Below, one piece after another: positions 19,850-29,323 of a stretch of DNA of 64,000 bases. Numbering within the stretch: the stretch's first letter is position 1; every line of letters starts with the position of its first letter. Origin of the DNA: Actinomycetota bacterium (GTDB lineage Bacteria > Actinomycetota > Thermoleophilia > Gaiellales > Gaiellaceae); the NCBI GenBank assembly GCA_046735055.1, contig JBKPSO010000085.1, positions 1,543 through 65,542 on the forward strand, given 5' to 3'. A program made the translations under genes and the position numbers. Under the pieces are notes generated by a model. It saw nothing but the letters and a program-made list of their open reading frames with translations. It was not told the DNA's origin and did not search any database.

Positions 19850-21787
19850 GTGAAGACGCTCCGCCTTGTCCTGCTGCTCCTGGTCGCCTCGCCCGCCGCG
19901 GCGCGCGCCGCGGATGCAACGATCGTCTCGCAGGACCTCCCGATCGGAGTCGTGCGGATGCCGGCCGCGGCGGTTGCGCCGATCCGCTTCGACCTGGTCG
20001 GGCTCCACTGGCAGGGCTCGGGGCGCGTGCTGTTCCGGACGCGCACCCAGGCGGGCCGCTGGGGTCGCTGGCAGCGGGTCGATCCGGAAGGCGAGGACCT
20101 CCCGGATCCGCGCAGCCTCGAGGCTCGCGGCAGGGGGCGGGGCTGGCATCTCGGCAATCCCTACTGGGTGGGGCCGTCCGACCGGATTGCCTACCGGCTC
20201 GTGGGCGACGTTCGGCGGCTGCGCGCCTGGTACGTCTGGAGCCCCTCGGGTCACGCCGCCGTGCGCCGGGTCTCGATGGCGGGCTCGCCGCAGATCGTCC
20301 CGCGTCAGGAGTGGGGCGCGAACGAGGCGATCAGGCGCGCGCCGCCGCGCTACGCGAAGGGCGTTTTCTTTGCGATCGTGCACCACACGGCGGGGACGAA
20401 CGCCTACGGGCCGGGAGCGTCAGCGGCGATCGTCCGCGGGATCGAGCTCTACCACGTGCGCGGGAACCACTGGAACGACATCGGCTACAACTTTCTCGTC
20501 GATCGCTACGGGCAGGTGTTCGAAGGCCGAGCGGGCGGGATCGATCGCAACGTGATCGGCGCCCAGGCCGAGGGGTTCAACACCGGCTCGGTCGGGATTG
20601 CCGTGATCGGCAACTACCAGACCCGGACGGTCTCGCTTCCCACGCAGAACGCGCTTGCCGCGCTGCTCGCCTGGCGGCTCGACGTTGCGCATGTCGATCC
20701 GCTCGGCACGGTCACCTGGATCTCGGGAGGAAATCCGAAGTTCAAGCGTGGCATGCCGGTCACTCTGCGTGCGATCTCGGGCCATCGAGACACCGGTTTC
20801 ACGTCCTGTCCCGGCACCAGGCTCTACGCGAAGCTCCCCGACCTCGCGCGCCAGGTCGCGTCGATCGGGCTGCCGAAGCTCTACGCGCCGGCGGTGAAGG
20901 GATCGCTCGGCGGACCGATTGTCTTCTCGGCCCGGCTCTCCCAGGCCGGAAGCTGGACGGTGACGGTGCGCGACGCCGCCGGCACGGTCGTCGCGCGGGC
21001 GACCGGCCGTGGCGCGACGATCGCCTGGACGTGGAACTCCGCCGGACGGCGCGGCGGCAACTACACATGGACGATGGAAGCGGGGCCGGCGACCCGGCCG
21101 GCGCGAGGGACGTTCGCCCGTGCCCCCGCGCCGCCCCCCTCGCCCGTGCCTCCCGCACGGCCCCCCTTGCCCGTGCCTCCGTCGCTCCTCTCCGGCCTGC
21201 ACGTCGATCCATCGGTGATCTCGCCCGACGGCGACGGGATTGCCGACTTGTTGACGATCACGTACGCGCTTACCGCCCGAGCGGCGGTCACGGCGACGGT
21301 CTCGGATGCCGCCTCCGGCGCCGTTGTCGCGACCCTGTTCAGCGGTCAGCTCCAGGGCGCCCGCACGCAGTCGTTCCCGTATGCGGCGCAGGGCCTGGCC
21401 GACGGGGCATACACGCTGACGATCTCCGCCGCCGGCGAGGACGGGCGAACGGGTCGCGCCCAGGCGCCGTTCTCGATCGACCGGACGCTCTCGACGCTGA
21501 CGCTCAGCACCGGAACGATCACGCCGAACGGGGACGGCGCCGACGACTCGGTCCAGATCGGCTTCGTGCTCAACGCCCTCGCCGACGTGACGGTGCAGAT
21601 CGAGCAAGGCGGAGTGCTGATCGCGACCGTGTTCTCGGGGCCGCTGGGGCCGGGAAGCCAGCAGGTCGCGTGGGACGGCACGAGCGGGGGGGCGCCCGTC
21701 GCCGCTGGGCCCTACGCGGTCGCGGTGATCGTTCGCGGGCCGTTTGGAGAGACGCGGCACGAGGCCGCGGTCACGGTCATCCGCTAG
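19850..21787 (+). CDS. Secreted N-acetylmuramoyl-L-alanine amidase (Amidase_2/PGRP) with C-terminal FlgD-Ig-like repeats
   Basis: Signal peptide; IVHHTAG...YHVRGNHWNDIGYNFLVDRYGQVFEGR...ISGHRDTGFTSCPG; two SPDGDG/TPNGDG Ig-like modules. Confidence 0.8.
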   Translation: MKTLRLVLLLLVASPAAARAADATIVSQDLPIGVVRMPAAAVAPIRFDLVGLHWQGSGRVLFRTRTQAGRWGRWQRVDPEGEDLPDPRSLEARGRGRGWHLGNPYWVGPSDRIAYRLVGDVRRLRAWYVWSPSGHAAVRRVSMAGSPQIVPRQEWGANEAIRRAPPRYAKGVFFAIVHHTAGTNAYGPGASAAIVRGIELYHVRGNHWNDIGYNFLVDRYGQVFEGRAGGIDRNVIGAQAEGFNTGSVGIAVIGNYQTRTVSLPTQNALAALLAWRLDVAHVDPLGTVTWISGGNPKFKRGMPVTLRAISGHRDTGFTSCPGTRLYAKLPDLARQVASIGLPKLYAPAVKGSLGGPIVFSARLSQAGSWTVTVRDAAGTVVARATGRGATIAWTWNSAGRRGGNYTWTMEAGPATRPARGTFARAPAPPPSPVPPARPPLPVPPSLLSGLHVDPSVISPDGDGIADLLTITYALTARAAVTATVSDAASGAVVATLFSGQLQGARTQSFPYAAQGLADGAYTLTISAAGEDGRTGRAQAPFSIDRTLSTLTLSTGTITPNGDGADDSVQIGFVLNALADVTVQIEQGGVLIATVFSGPLGPGSQQVAWDGTSGGAPVAAGPYAVAVIVRGPFGETRHEAAVTVIR

Positions 21788-21808
21788 GGCCCGTTTAGAC
21801 TCAGGCCC

Positions 21809-22408
21809 ATGCAACCTCTGGGCAGGCGCCGTCGTCAGAAGATCGAGCTGCGGCCGATCCGGCCGCTCGCCTACGAGAAGCTGAGCGACCCGATCTTGGT
21901 ACAGAGAGCGAAGGACGGCGACCAGGCTGCGCTGGCGGCGCTGTGCGAGCGGCATGCGCCGCGCGTCGAGCGACTTGCCGCGCACATTCTCGCCGACCCC
22001 GAGGACGCCGGTGACGCAGCACAGGAGGCGCTCGCGAAGCTGTGCGTCCGCCTGAAGCAGTTCCGCGGCGAGTCGCAGTTCACGACCTGGCTGCATCGCC
22101 TCGTCGTCAACACCTGTCGCGACGTGGCGGAACGGCAGCGGGCGCGGCGGTGCGAGCCGCTGATCGAGGATCGCCGCGAAGCCTCCGACGGCGATCCGAC
22201 GCGGGCGCTCGCCCTCGCCGAGCTCCGCTCGGAGCTCTCCGCCGAGCTCGCTTCCATCTCCGCCCAGCAGGCGCGGGTGGTCGTGCTCAAGGATGCCTTC
22301 GAGTGGTCCTTCGCCGAGATCGCCTCGCGCGACGGGATCCCCGTCGGCACGGCGAAGTGCTATGCGCACCGCGCGCGGAGCTCGTTGCGCGAGCGGTTGG
22401 CGAAATGA
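21809..22408 (+). CDS. ECF-type RNA polymerase sigma factor
   Basis: Region 2 (FRGESQFTTWLHRLVVNTCRD) and region 4 (SFAEIASRDGIPVGTAKCYAHRAR). Confidence 0.85.
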   Translation: MQPLGRRRRQKIELRPIRPLAYEKLSDPILVQRAKDGDQAALAALCERHAPRVERLAAHILADPEDAGDAAQEALAKLCVRLKQFRGESQFTTWLHRLVVNTCRDVAERQRARRCEPLIEDRREASDGDPTRALALAELRSELSAELASISAQQARVVVLKDAFEWSFAEIASRDGIPVGTAKCYAHRARSSLRERLAK

Positions 22409-22851
22409 CCGTCCCGCAGGCGCCGTTCGGTCGGGACGTGATCGAGACGATCATCCCCCACCGGGACCCCTTCCTCTTTCTCGACGAGGTGCTCGAGCTC
22501 GAGCCGGGCGTGCGCGTGGTCGCCCGCAGGCGCGTGACCGGGGACGAGTGGTTCTTCCCGGGGCACTTTCCCGGCCGGCCGATCATGCCCGGCGTGATCA
22601 TGGTCGAGGCGCTCGCGCAGGCGGGCGCGATCGCAGCGCTCGCGCTGGAGGAGAACCGGGGGAAGCTCGCGCTGTTCGCCGGGATCGACGACGTCCGGTT
22701 CAAGCGATTGGTCGAGCCCGGAGACGAGCTCACCCTCGTCTGCGAGATCGAGGCTGCGCGAGGACCGGTCGGTCGCGGCCGTGCGACCGCGCGTGTCGGC
22801 GACGAGCTCGCCGTCCGCGGAACGCTGACCTTCGCGACCGCCGCGCAATGA
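22405..22851 (+). CDS. fabZ: 3-hydroxyacyl-ACP dehydratase FabZ
   Basis: IPHRDPFLFLDEV...FFPGHFPGRPIMPGV. ATGA overlap with the sigma gene. Confidence 0.9.
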   Translation: MTVPQAPFGRDVIETIIPHRDPFLFLDEVLELEPGVRVVARRRVTGDEWFFPGHFPGRPIMPGVIMVEALAQAGAIAALALEENRGKLALFAGIDDVRFKRLVEPGDELTLVCEIEAARGPVGRGRATARVGDELAVRGTLTFATAAQ

Positions 22852-23855
22852 TCGCGACCACGAACGGAACGCCGATCTCGATCACCGGGCTCGGGTGTCA
22901 CGTGCCGGAGCGTGTGGTCACGAACGACGACCTCTCGAAGCTCGTCGACACTTCCGACGAGTGGATCCGCACGCGGACCGGAATCCGCGAGCGGCGCTAC
23001 GCGGCGGACCACGAGGCGCTCTCCGACATCGCCCTGCCGGCGGCGAGGCTCGCGCTCGAGCGATCGGAAACCCACCCGGCGGAACTGGACCTCCTGATCG
23101 TCGCCACGGTCACCCCGGACATGATCTTTCCGTCGACTGCCGCGATTCTCGCCGACCGGCTCGGCGCGACCGACGCCGCTGCGTACGACCTCTCGGCCGG
23201 CTGCACGGGGTTCATGTACGGGATCGCGCAGGCGGCCGGGATGCTCGCCGCAGGTCTCAGCCGGCGCTCGCTCGTCGTCGGGGCGGACGTGCTCTCGAAG
23301 GTGATGAACTTCGCCGACCGCTCGACCTGCGTCCTCTTCGGCGACGGCGCCGGCGCGGCCGTCCTCGAGCGGGTCCCCGCGGAGGGGTTCCTCGGCTTCG
23401 AGCTCGGCGCCGACGGCGCGGGCGGCGTCGACCTGCAGATGCCGGCCGGCGGGTCACGGCTGCCCGCATCTGCGGAGACGGTCGCGGGCGGCCTTCACTA
23501 TGTGCAGATGAACGGCCGGCAGATATTCAAGTTCGCGACCCGCGTCCTCGTCAGCTCGGCCGAGAGCCTGCTGGCGAAGACCGGAGTGGCGATCGACGAG
23601 GTGGACGTCTACGTTCCTCACCAGGCAAACGTCAGGATCATCGATCATGCCGTTGCCAAGCTCGGAATCCCGGAGGAACGCGTGGTCATGAACGTCGATC
23701 GCTACGGCAACACCTCGTCGGCCTCGATCCCGCTCGCGCTGGCGGAGGCGGTGGCCGACGGGCGCGTTCGGAAGGGGTCGATGGTGCTGATGACGGGGAT
23801 GGGAGCAGGGTTGACGTGGGGGTCGGCGCTGATGCGATGGACGGAGGCGGCATGA
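22848..23855 (+). CDS. fabH: 3-oxoacyl-ACP synthase III FabH
   Basis: DEWIRTRTGI, AGCTGF, HQAN and GNTSSAS motifs. ATGA overlap with fabZ. Confidence 0.9.
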   Translation: MIATTNGTPISITGLGCHVPERVVTNDDLSKLVDTSDEWIRTRTGIRERRYAADHEALSDIALPAARLALERSETHPAELDLLIVATVTPDMIFPSTAAILADRLGATDAAAYDLSAGCTGFMYGIAQAAGMLAAGLSRRSLVVGADVLSKVMNFADRSTCVLFGDGAGAAVLERVPAEGFLGFELGADGAGGVDLQMPAGGSRLPASAETVAGGLHYVQMNGRQIFKFATRVLVSSAESLLAKTGVAIDEVDVYVPHQANVRIIDHAVAKLGIPEERVVMNVDRYGNTSSASIPLALAEAVADGRVRKGSMVLMTGMGAGLTWGSALMRWTEAA

Positions 23856-24775
23856 AAATTGCATTTTGCTTCCCAGGCCAGGGCTCGCTCGCCCAGGGGA
23901 TGGGCAAGGACATCGCCGAGTCGGTCCCGGAGGCGATGGAGGTGTTCGACCGGGGCAGCGAGGCCTCTGGCCTAGATCTGCGGCGGCTGTGCTTCGACTC
24001 ACCGCTCGAGGAGATCGTCGAGACGGAGGTGCAGCAACCGGCGCTCGTCGCGACGAGCCTGGCGACCCTTGCGGCGCTGCGGGCCCGTGGCATCCGGCCC
24101 GACTACGTGATCGGGCACTCGGTCGGCGAGTTCGCCGCGCTGGCCGCCGCCAAGTCGGTCGGCATCCGCGAGACCATCGCGCTCGTTCGCGAGCGCGGGC
24201 TCGCGATGGCCGAGGCCGCCAGGGAGCGTCCCGGCTCGATGGCGGCGATCCTCGGTCTGGACGACGAGGTCGTCGAGCGGCTCTGCCGGAAGATCCTCGG
24301 CGTGTGGCCCGCGAACTACAACTGTCCGGGTCAGATCGTCGTCTCGGGCGAGCACGACGCTGTCGACGAGTGCTGTGCGAAGGCAGAGGAGGAAGGCGCG
24401 AGGAGGACCGTGAAGCTGAAGGTCTCGGGCGCGTTCCACTCGCCGCTGGTCGCGCGGGCGGCCGAACGGCTGCGGCCGGCGGTCGAGCGTGTGCCCTTCG
24501 GCGAGCCCGAAGCCGCCTTCATGTCGACGGTGACGGCGCGGTTCGAGGAGGCGCAACGGATGGGCGCACTGCTCGTCGACCAGTTGACCGCACCGGTGCG
24601 CTTCACCCAGGCGGCGTCCGAGCTCGTCAAGGACGGCGTGCGCACGTTCGTCGAGGTCGGGCCCGGGAACGTGCTCTCCGGCCTGCTCAAGCGCATCGAC
24701 CGGAGCGTGAAGGCGATCTCCGTCAACGACCTGCCCACGCTGGAGCGGATCAAGGAGCTGCTCCCGTCGGCGTGA
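23852..24775 (+). CDS. fabD: Malonyl CoA-ACP transacylase FabD
   Basis: FPGQGS and GHSVGE motifs. ATGA overlap with fabH. Confidence 0.9.
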   Translation: MKIAFCFPGQGSLAQGMGKDIAESVPEAMEVFDRGSEASGLDLRRLCFDSPLEEIVETEVQQPALVATSLATLAALRARGIRPDYVIGHSVGEFAALAAAKSVGIRETIALVRERGLAMAEAARERPGSMAAILGLDDEVVERLCRKILGVWPANYNCPGQIVVSGEHDAVDECCAKAEEEGARRTVKLKVSGAFHSPLVARAAERLRPAVERVPFGEPEAAFMSTVTARFEEAQRMGALLVDQLTAPVRFTQAASELVKDGVRTFVEVGPGNVLSGLLKRIDRSVKAISVNDLPTLERIKELLPSA

Positions 24776-25569
24776 GCGCCAGCGGCGTAGACTCGGCGGA
24801 GCCGCCCGGAAGCGGAGGTGCCGGCTTTGCCGGCGCCGGAGCGGGGGCGTTCTGTTCGCTGAAGGGAAAGCTCGCACTCGTCACCGGCGCCTCGCGCGGG
24901 ATCGGTCGCGCGATCGCGGCCGAGCTGGCGCGTGCCGGGGCGGAGGTCGTCGTCGGCTGCCGGAGCGGCGTCGAGGAGACGGAGGCGCTCGCGGAGGCGA
25001 TCGGCGGGCGGGCCGTGCAGGCGGACGTCGCCGATCCGGAGGAGGCCGCGCGGCTGGTCGAGGAGGCCGGCGACCTCGACATCCTCGTCAACAACGCGGG
25101 TCTGACCCGGGACGGCCTGATCGCGCGGATGTCGGACGAGGACTGGAACACGGTGCTCGACACGAACCTCGGCGGGGTCTTCCACACGTGCCGTGCCGCT
25201 GCGCGTGGGATGATGCGCCGCCGGTCGGGCGCGATCGTCAACCTGACGAGCGTGGTCGGCATCCACGGCAACCCGGGCCAGACGAACTACGCGGCCTCGA
25301 AGGCGGGGATCATCGGGTTCACGAAGTCGCTCGCGCGGGAGCTCGCGTCGCGTGGCGTTCGCGCGAACGCGGTCGCACCGGGCTACATCCAGACGGCGCT
25401 GACCGAGGTGCTGCCCGAGGAAGTGCAGCAGGCGATCCTGGCGAACACGCCTCTCGCCCGGCTCGGGACGCCGGAGGACGTCGCGGGGGCGGTACGCTTC
25501 CTCTGCTCCGACGAGGCCTCGTTCGTGACCGGCGAGGTGCTGCTCGTCGACGGCGGACTCGGGATGTGA
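24772..25569 (+). CDS. fabG: 3-oxoacyl-ACP reductase FabG
   Basis: TGASRGIG, NNAG and YAASK motifs. GTGA overlap with fabD. Confidence 0.9.
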   Translation: MSASGVDSAEPPGSGGAGFAGAGAGAFCSLKGKLALVTGASRGIGRAIAAELARAGAEVVVGCRSGVEETEALAEAIGGRAVQADVADPEEAARLVEEAGDLDILVNNAGLTRDGLIARMSDEDWNTVLDTNLGGVFHTCRAAARGMMRRRSGAIVNLTSVVGIHGNPGQTNYAASKAGIIGFTKSLARELASRGVRANAVAPGYIQTALTEVLPEEVQQAILANTPLARLGTPEDVAGAVRFLCSDEASFVTGEVLLVDGGLGM

Positions 25570-25576
25570 GCAGAGC

Positions 25577-26830
25577 ATGAGCGTCAACGGGCGTCGCAGG
25601 GTCGTGATCACGGGAATGGGCGCGGTGACGCCGCTCGGCAACGACGTCGAGACGACGTGGCAGAACCTCGTCTCCGGCCAGTCGGGCGCCGGCCGGATCA
25701 CGCAGTTCGACCCCAGCGGCTACTTCGCCGAGTTCGCGTGCGAGCTGAAGGACTTCGAGCCGACGGTCTGGATCGATCGCAAGACGTCTCGGCGGATGGA
25801 CCGCTTCGCCCAGATGGTCGTCGCCGCCGCCCGGCAAGCCGAGGCCGACTCCGGGATCGACATCGCCGCCGACTCCGCGCGGATCGGCGCGTCCGTTGCG
25901 ACCGGAATCGGCGGGCTGCAGTCGTTCCAGGACTGCCACACGCAGCTGCGCGAACGCGGGCCGGACCGCGTCAACCCGTTCTCGATTCCGGCGATCATCC
26001 CGAACCTCGGCGCGGGGTGGGTGTCGATCGAGCTCGGCACGCGAGGGCCGCTCTCGGCGCAGTGCACGGCGTGCGCGGCGTCGAACATGGCGATCGGCGA
26101 GGGGTCGGACGCGATTCGGCTCGGCCGGGCGGACGTGATGCTCTGCGGCGGTACGGAGGCGCCGGTGACGGAGGTGGGGATCGCCGGCTTCGGCGCGATG
26201 CGCGCCCTCTCGCGGCGGAACGACGACCCGGAACACGCGAGCCGGCCCTTCGACCTCGAGCGTGACGGGTTCGTGATGGGCGAGGCGGGCGCGGTACTCG
26301 TGCTCGAGGAGCTCGAGCGGGCCCGCTCGCGAGGAGCGACGATCTACGCCGAGCTCGTCGGCTACGGCGTCTCGTCGGATGCCCAGCACATCACCGAGCC
26401 CGACCCGACCGGGTTGCACCCCGCGCGCGCGATGCAGATGGCGCTCGCCGACGCAGGGATCGACCCGTCCGAGGTCGACTACGTCAACGCGCACGGCACC
26501 TCGACGCCGCTCGGCGACGCGAGCGAGACTCGCGTGCTGAAGAAGGCGCTCGGGGAGGAGCACGCCCGCCGGACGGCGGTCTCCTCGACCAAGGGGGCCA
26601 CCGGTCACTGCCTCGGCGCGGCGGGCGCGGTCGAGGCGGTCTTCACCGTGCTCGCGATCAAGGAGGGCGTCGTCCCGCCGACGATCAACTACGAGTACCC
26701 CGACCCGGAGTGCGATCTCGACTACGTCCCGAACGAGGCGCGCCCGGCCGACGTCCGCGTTGCGATGTCGAACTCGTTCGGCTTCGGCGGCCACAACGCC
26801 TCGATCGTCATCAAGCGCTTCGAGGATTGA
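25577..26830 (+). CDS. fabF: 3-oxoacyl-ACP synthase II FabF
   Basis: CTACAAS active-site Cys, HGTSTPLGD and GHNAS motifs. Confidence 0.9.
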   Translation: MSVNGRRRVVITGMGAVTPLGNDVETTWQNLVSGQSGAGRITQFDPSGYFAEFACELKDFEPTVWIDRKTSRRMDRFAQMVVAAARQAEADSGIDIAADSARIGASVATGIGGLQSFQDCHTQLRERGPDRVNPFSIPAIIPNLGAGWVSIELGTRGPLSAQCTACAASNMAIGEGSDAIRLGRADVMLCGGTEAPVTEVGIAGFGAMRALSRRNDDPEHASRPFDLERDGFVMGEAGAVLVLEELERARSRGATIYAELVGYGVSSDAQHITEPDPTGLHPARAMQMALADAGIDPSEVDYVNAHGTSTPLGDASETRVLKKALGEEHARRTAVSSTKGATGHCLGAAGAVEAVFTVLAIKEGVVPPTINYEYPDPECDLDYVPNEARPADVRVAMSNSFGFGGHNASIVIKRFED

Positions 26831-26911
26831 CGTTGTGATGGCGCTCACCCCTCGCCGGCGGAGCCGGGCTTTGCCCGGCGGGAGCCCATGTGACGTCGTG
26901 GGAGCGCAGCG

Positions 26912-27592
26912 ATGAAGGAGGGGGTCCGTGGGGGAACCAAGGGTTCTCCCACGCGTGAAAGGTGGGCGACGTTCGACTGCTACGGCACGCTGATCGACTG
27001 GAACGCCGGGATCCGCGGCCAGCTCGCCCGGATCTTCGGGCATGCAGGGGCGGACGAGCTGCTCGGGCGCTACCACGAGGTCGAGCCCGAGATCGAGCGC
27101 GACGAGCCGGGGCTCGGCTACCGCGAGGTGATGGCGCGCGCACTCGACGAGCTCGGCGCCACTGCCGAGGAGCGCGAGGCGCTCGGCGACTCGCTCCCAT
27201 CCTGGACGCCCTTCCCCGAGGTACCGGCGGCGCTCGCGGAGGCTCGGGCTCGGGGCTGGCGGCTCGCGATCCTGTCGAACACCGATCGCGACTTCATCGA
27301 GTCCTCGAAGGCGCGGCTCGGCGTGCCGTTCGACGCGACGATCGTCGCCTCCGAGATCGGCTCGTACAAGCCGGCGCTCGGCCACTGGCAGGCCTTCGAA
27401 CGGGAGACCGGACACCTGCCGGACGTCCATGTCGGAGCGAGTCTCTTCCACGACGTCGCGCCCGCGAACGGCCTTCGCCTGCCGACCGTCTGGGTGAACC
27501 GTCTGGGCGAGCGGGCCGGTCCGGAGCCGACCCGCGAGATCCACGACCTCGCGCCTCTGCCCGACGTGCTCGACGAGCTCGTCCCCGCGTGA
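26912..27592 (+). CDS. HAD-superfamily hydrolase (haloacid dehalogenase type II-like)
   Basis: FDCYGTLIDW (DxYGT), ILSNTD and SYKP motifs. Confidence 0.7.
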   Translation: MKEGVRGGTKGSPTRERWATFDCYGTLIDWNAGIRGQLARIFGHAGADELLGRYHEVEPEIERDEPGLGYREVMARALDELGATAEEREALGDSLPSWTPFPEVPAALAEARARGWRLAILSNTDRDFIESSKARLGVPFDATIVASEIGSYKPALGHWQAFERETGHLPDVHVGASLFHDVAPANGLRLPTVWVNRLGERAGPEPTREIHDLAPLPDVLDELVPA

Positions 27593-27659
27593 CGCAAGAG
27601 ACCCGGGGTCGTCTCGCGGGCAGTCGTCTACGCCAAGATGCTCCAGGTACGCTGACGAA

Positions 27660-28436
27660 GTGTCGCGCCTCCGCGCGAAGTGCCCGTACTGCAAGACCTT
27701 CACTGCGGTCGCGCTGGGCCCGGACTATCAGTGCCACTCGTGCGGCGCCGAGTTCGCCGCCGGCCTCGTCCGTGTGCCGCGGGCGTGGGGGCAGGGCGGG
27801 GACGGGATGGCGGAGGCCGCGAACCTCGACCTCCCGTACCCCGAGGCCGCGGTGATCGCCGAGGACACGCTCGGGGACCAGCACCTCGCGCTCGCGTCGG
27901 AGCTCCCCGAGCGCCCGCTCGTCCTCGGCGGGTGCTGCTGCTCGCACGTCGGGGCGGTCGAGGGGCTTGCGGCGCGGCACGACCGGCTCGCGCTGGTCTG
28001 GCTCGATGCCCACGGCGACCTGAACACCCCCGAGAGCTCGCCGTCCGGAAACGAATGGGGGATGCCGCTGCGGATGATCGTCGACTCCGGCGCAGTCCGG
28101 CCGACGGACGTCGCTCTCGTCGCCGCGCGCGACCTCGACCCGCCAGAGCGCGACTTCATCCGCGATTCGGGGATCCACACCGGGGAGCACGCCGTCCGCC
28201 GCGCGCTCGGCGAGGTCGACCGCGTCTACGTCGCCGTCGACTTCGACGGACTCGATCAGGACGAGGTGGCGGCGTTCATGCCGGTCCCGGGCGGGGTGAC
28301 GGTCGGCGAGGCCGAGGCGCTTCTTCGCGGCGTCGCTTCGGACGCGATGGTCGTCGGCGCCGGCTTCAGCGGACTCCTCCCGGACGCCAAGAACCTCGAG
28401 CCGGCAGCGCGTCTGGGCGCCGCCCTGGGCCTGTAA
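27660..28436 (+). CDS. Divergent arginase/ureohydrolase-fold protein with an N-terminal CxxC...CxxC zinc ribbon
   Basis: CPYCK...CHSCG ribbon, followed by LDAHGDLNTP..SGNEWGMPL and VAVDFDGLD motifs. Confidence 0.6.
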   Translation: MSRLRAKCPYCKTFTAVALGPDYQCHSCGAEFAAGLVRVPRAWGQGGDGMAEAANLDLPYPEAAVIAEDTLGDQHLALASELPERPLVLGGCCCSHVGAVEGLAARHDRLALVWLDAHGDLNTPESSPSGNEWGMPLRMIVDSGAVRPTDVALVAARDLDPPERDFIRDSGIHTGEHAVRRALGEVDRVYVAVDFDGLDQDEVAAFMPVPGGVTVGEAEALLRGVASDAMVVGAGFSGLLPDAKNLEPAARLGAALGL

Positions 28437-28474
28437 CCGTCCTCCCGGCGACCCGGGTCTAAGATCAGGAGCCC

Positions 28475-29323
28475 ATGGCCCAGCGCATCGACGTGTCCAT
28501 CGAGCAGAAGGGACCCTCCACTTCCTCCGACGACGGCCGCAGGCACCCGAACACCTGCCCTTCGTGCGGGTCGCACTACCGCGACGACGAGCTCGACCGC
28601 AACCTGGGGGTCTGCCCGCAATGCGGCCACCACTTCCCGCTGAGCGCGCGGGAGCGGATCGACCAGCTCACCGACCCCGGTTCCTTCACGGAGGAGGACG
28701 GCGACCTGCGTTCGGCCGACCCGCTCGGCTTCTTCGACCTCCGGCCCTACACCGAGCGCCTTGCCGAGGCAGAGCTGAAGACGGGCCAGGGCGACGCGAT
28801 CGTGATCGGGCGGGCCGAGATCGATGGTGAGCGGTGCCAGCTCTCGGTAATGGACTTCGGCTTCATGGGCGGCTCGATGGGCAGCGTCGTCGGCGAGAAG
28901 TTCGTACGTGCGTGCGAGCAGGCGGCCGGGCGGCGGGTGCCGCTCGTCTCCGTGACCGCCTCCGGCGGCGCGCGGATGCAGGAGGGGATCCTCTCGCTGA
29001 TGCAGCTGCCGAAGACCGTCTGCGCCGTCGAGGACCTGCGGGACTCCCATTGCGCGCTGCTGAACGTCTTCGCACATCCGACCACCGCCGGGGTGCTCGC
29101 GAGCTTCGCGAGCCTCGGCGACGTGACGGTGGCGGAGCCGGGCGCGCTGATCTCGTTCACCGGCCCCCGGGTCGTGCAGCAGACGACCCGCGAGAAGCTG
29201 CCCGACGACTTCGGGCTCGCCGAGTCGAACCTGCGTTTCGGCCACGTCGACGCGATCGTCCCGCGACCGGAGCTCCGGTTCTACCTCGGCAGGTTGCTAC
29301 GGCTATTCGGCAATGCCGGGTGA
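28475..29323 (+). CDS. accD: Acetyl-CoA carboxylase carboxyltransferase beta subunit
   Basis: N-terminal Zn finger CPSCG...CPQCGHH and the CT domain. Confidence 0.9.
   Translation: MAQRIDVSIEQKGPSTSSDDGRRHPNTCPSCGSHYRDDELDRNLGVCPQCGHHFPLSARERIDQLTDPGSFTEEDGDLRSADPLGFFDLRPYTERLAEAELKTGQGDAIVIGRAEIDGERCQLSVMDFGFMGGSMGSVVGEKFVRACEQAAGRRVPLVSVTASGGARMQEGILSLMQLPKTVCAVEDLRDSHCALLNVFAHPTTAGVLASFASLGDVTVAEPGALISFTGPRVVQQTTREKLPDDFGLAESNLRFGHVDAIVPRPELRFYLGRLLRLFGNAG

Noticed and set aside
22042-22404. Possible anti-sigma factor encoded in the ORF overlapping the 3' half of the ECF sigma gene.
   Set aside because: It is just the upstream extension of the fabZ reading frame. It is Arg/Ala-rich with no TM segment or zinc-binding anti-sigma motif, and fabZ has a clean ATGA-coupled start at 22405.
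25570-25576. Missing acpP between fabG and fabF; looked for a short unlisted ORF.
   Set aside because: The gap is 7 nt, and no ACP-like (DSLD/DSL) peptide is encoded in any frame nearby.
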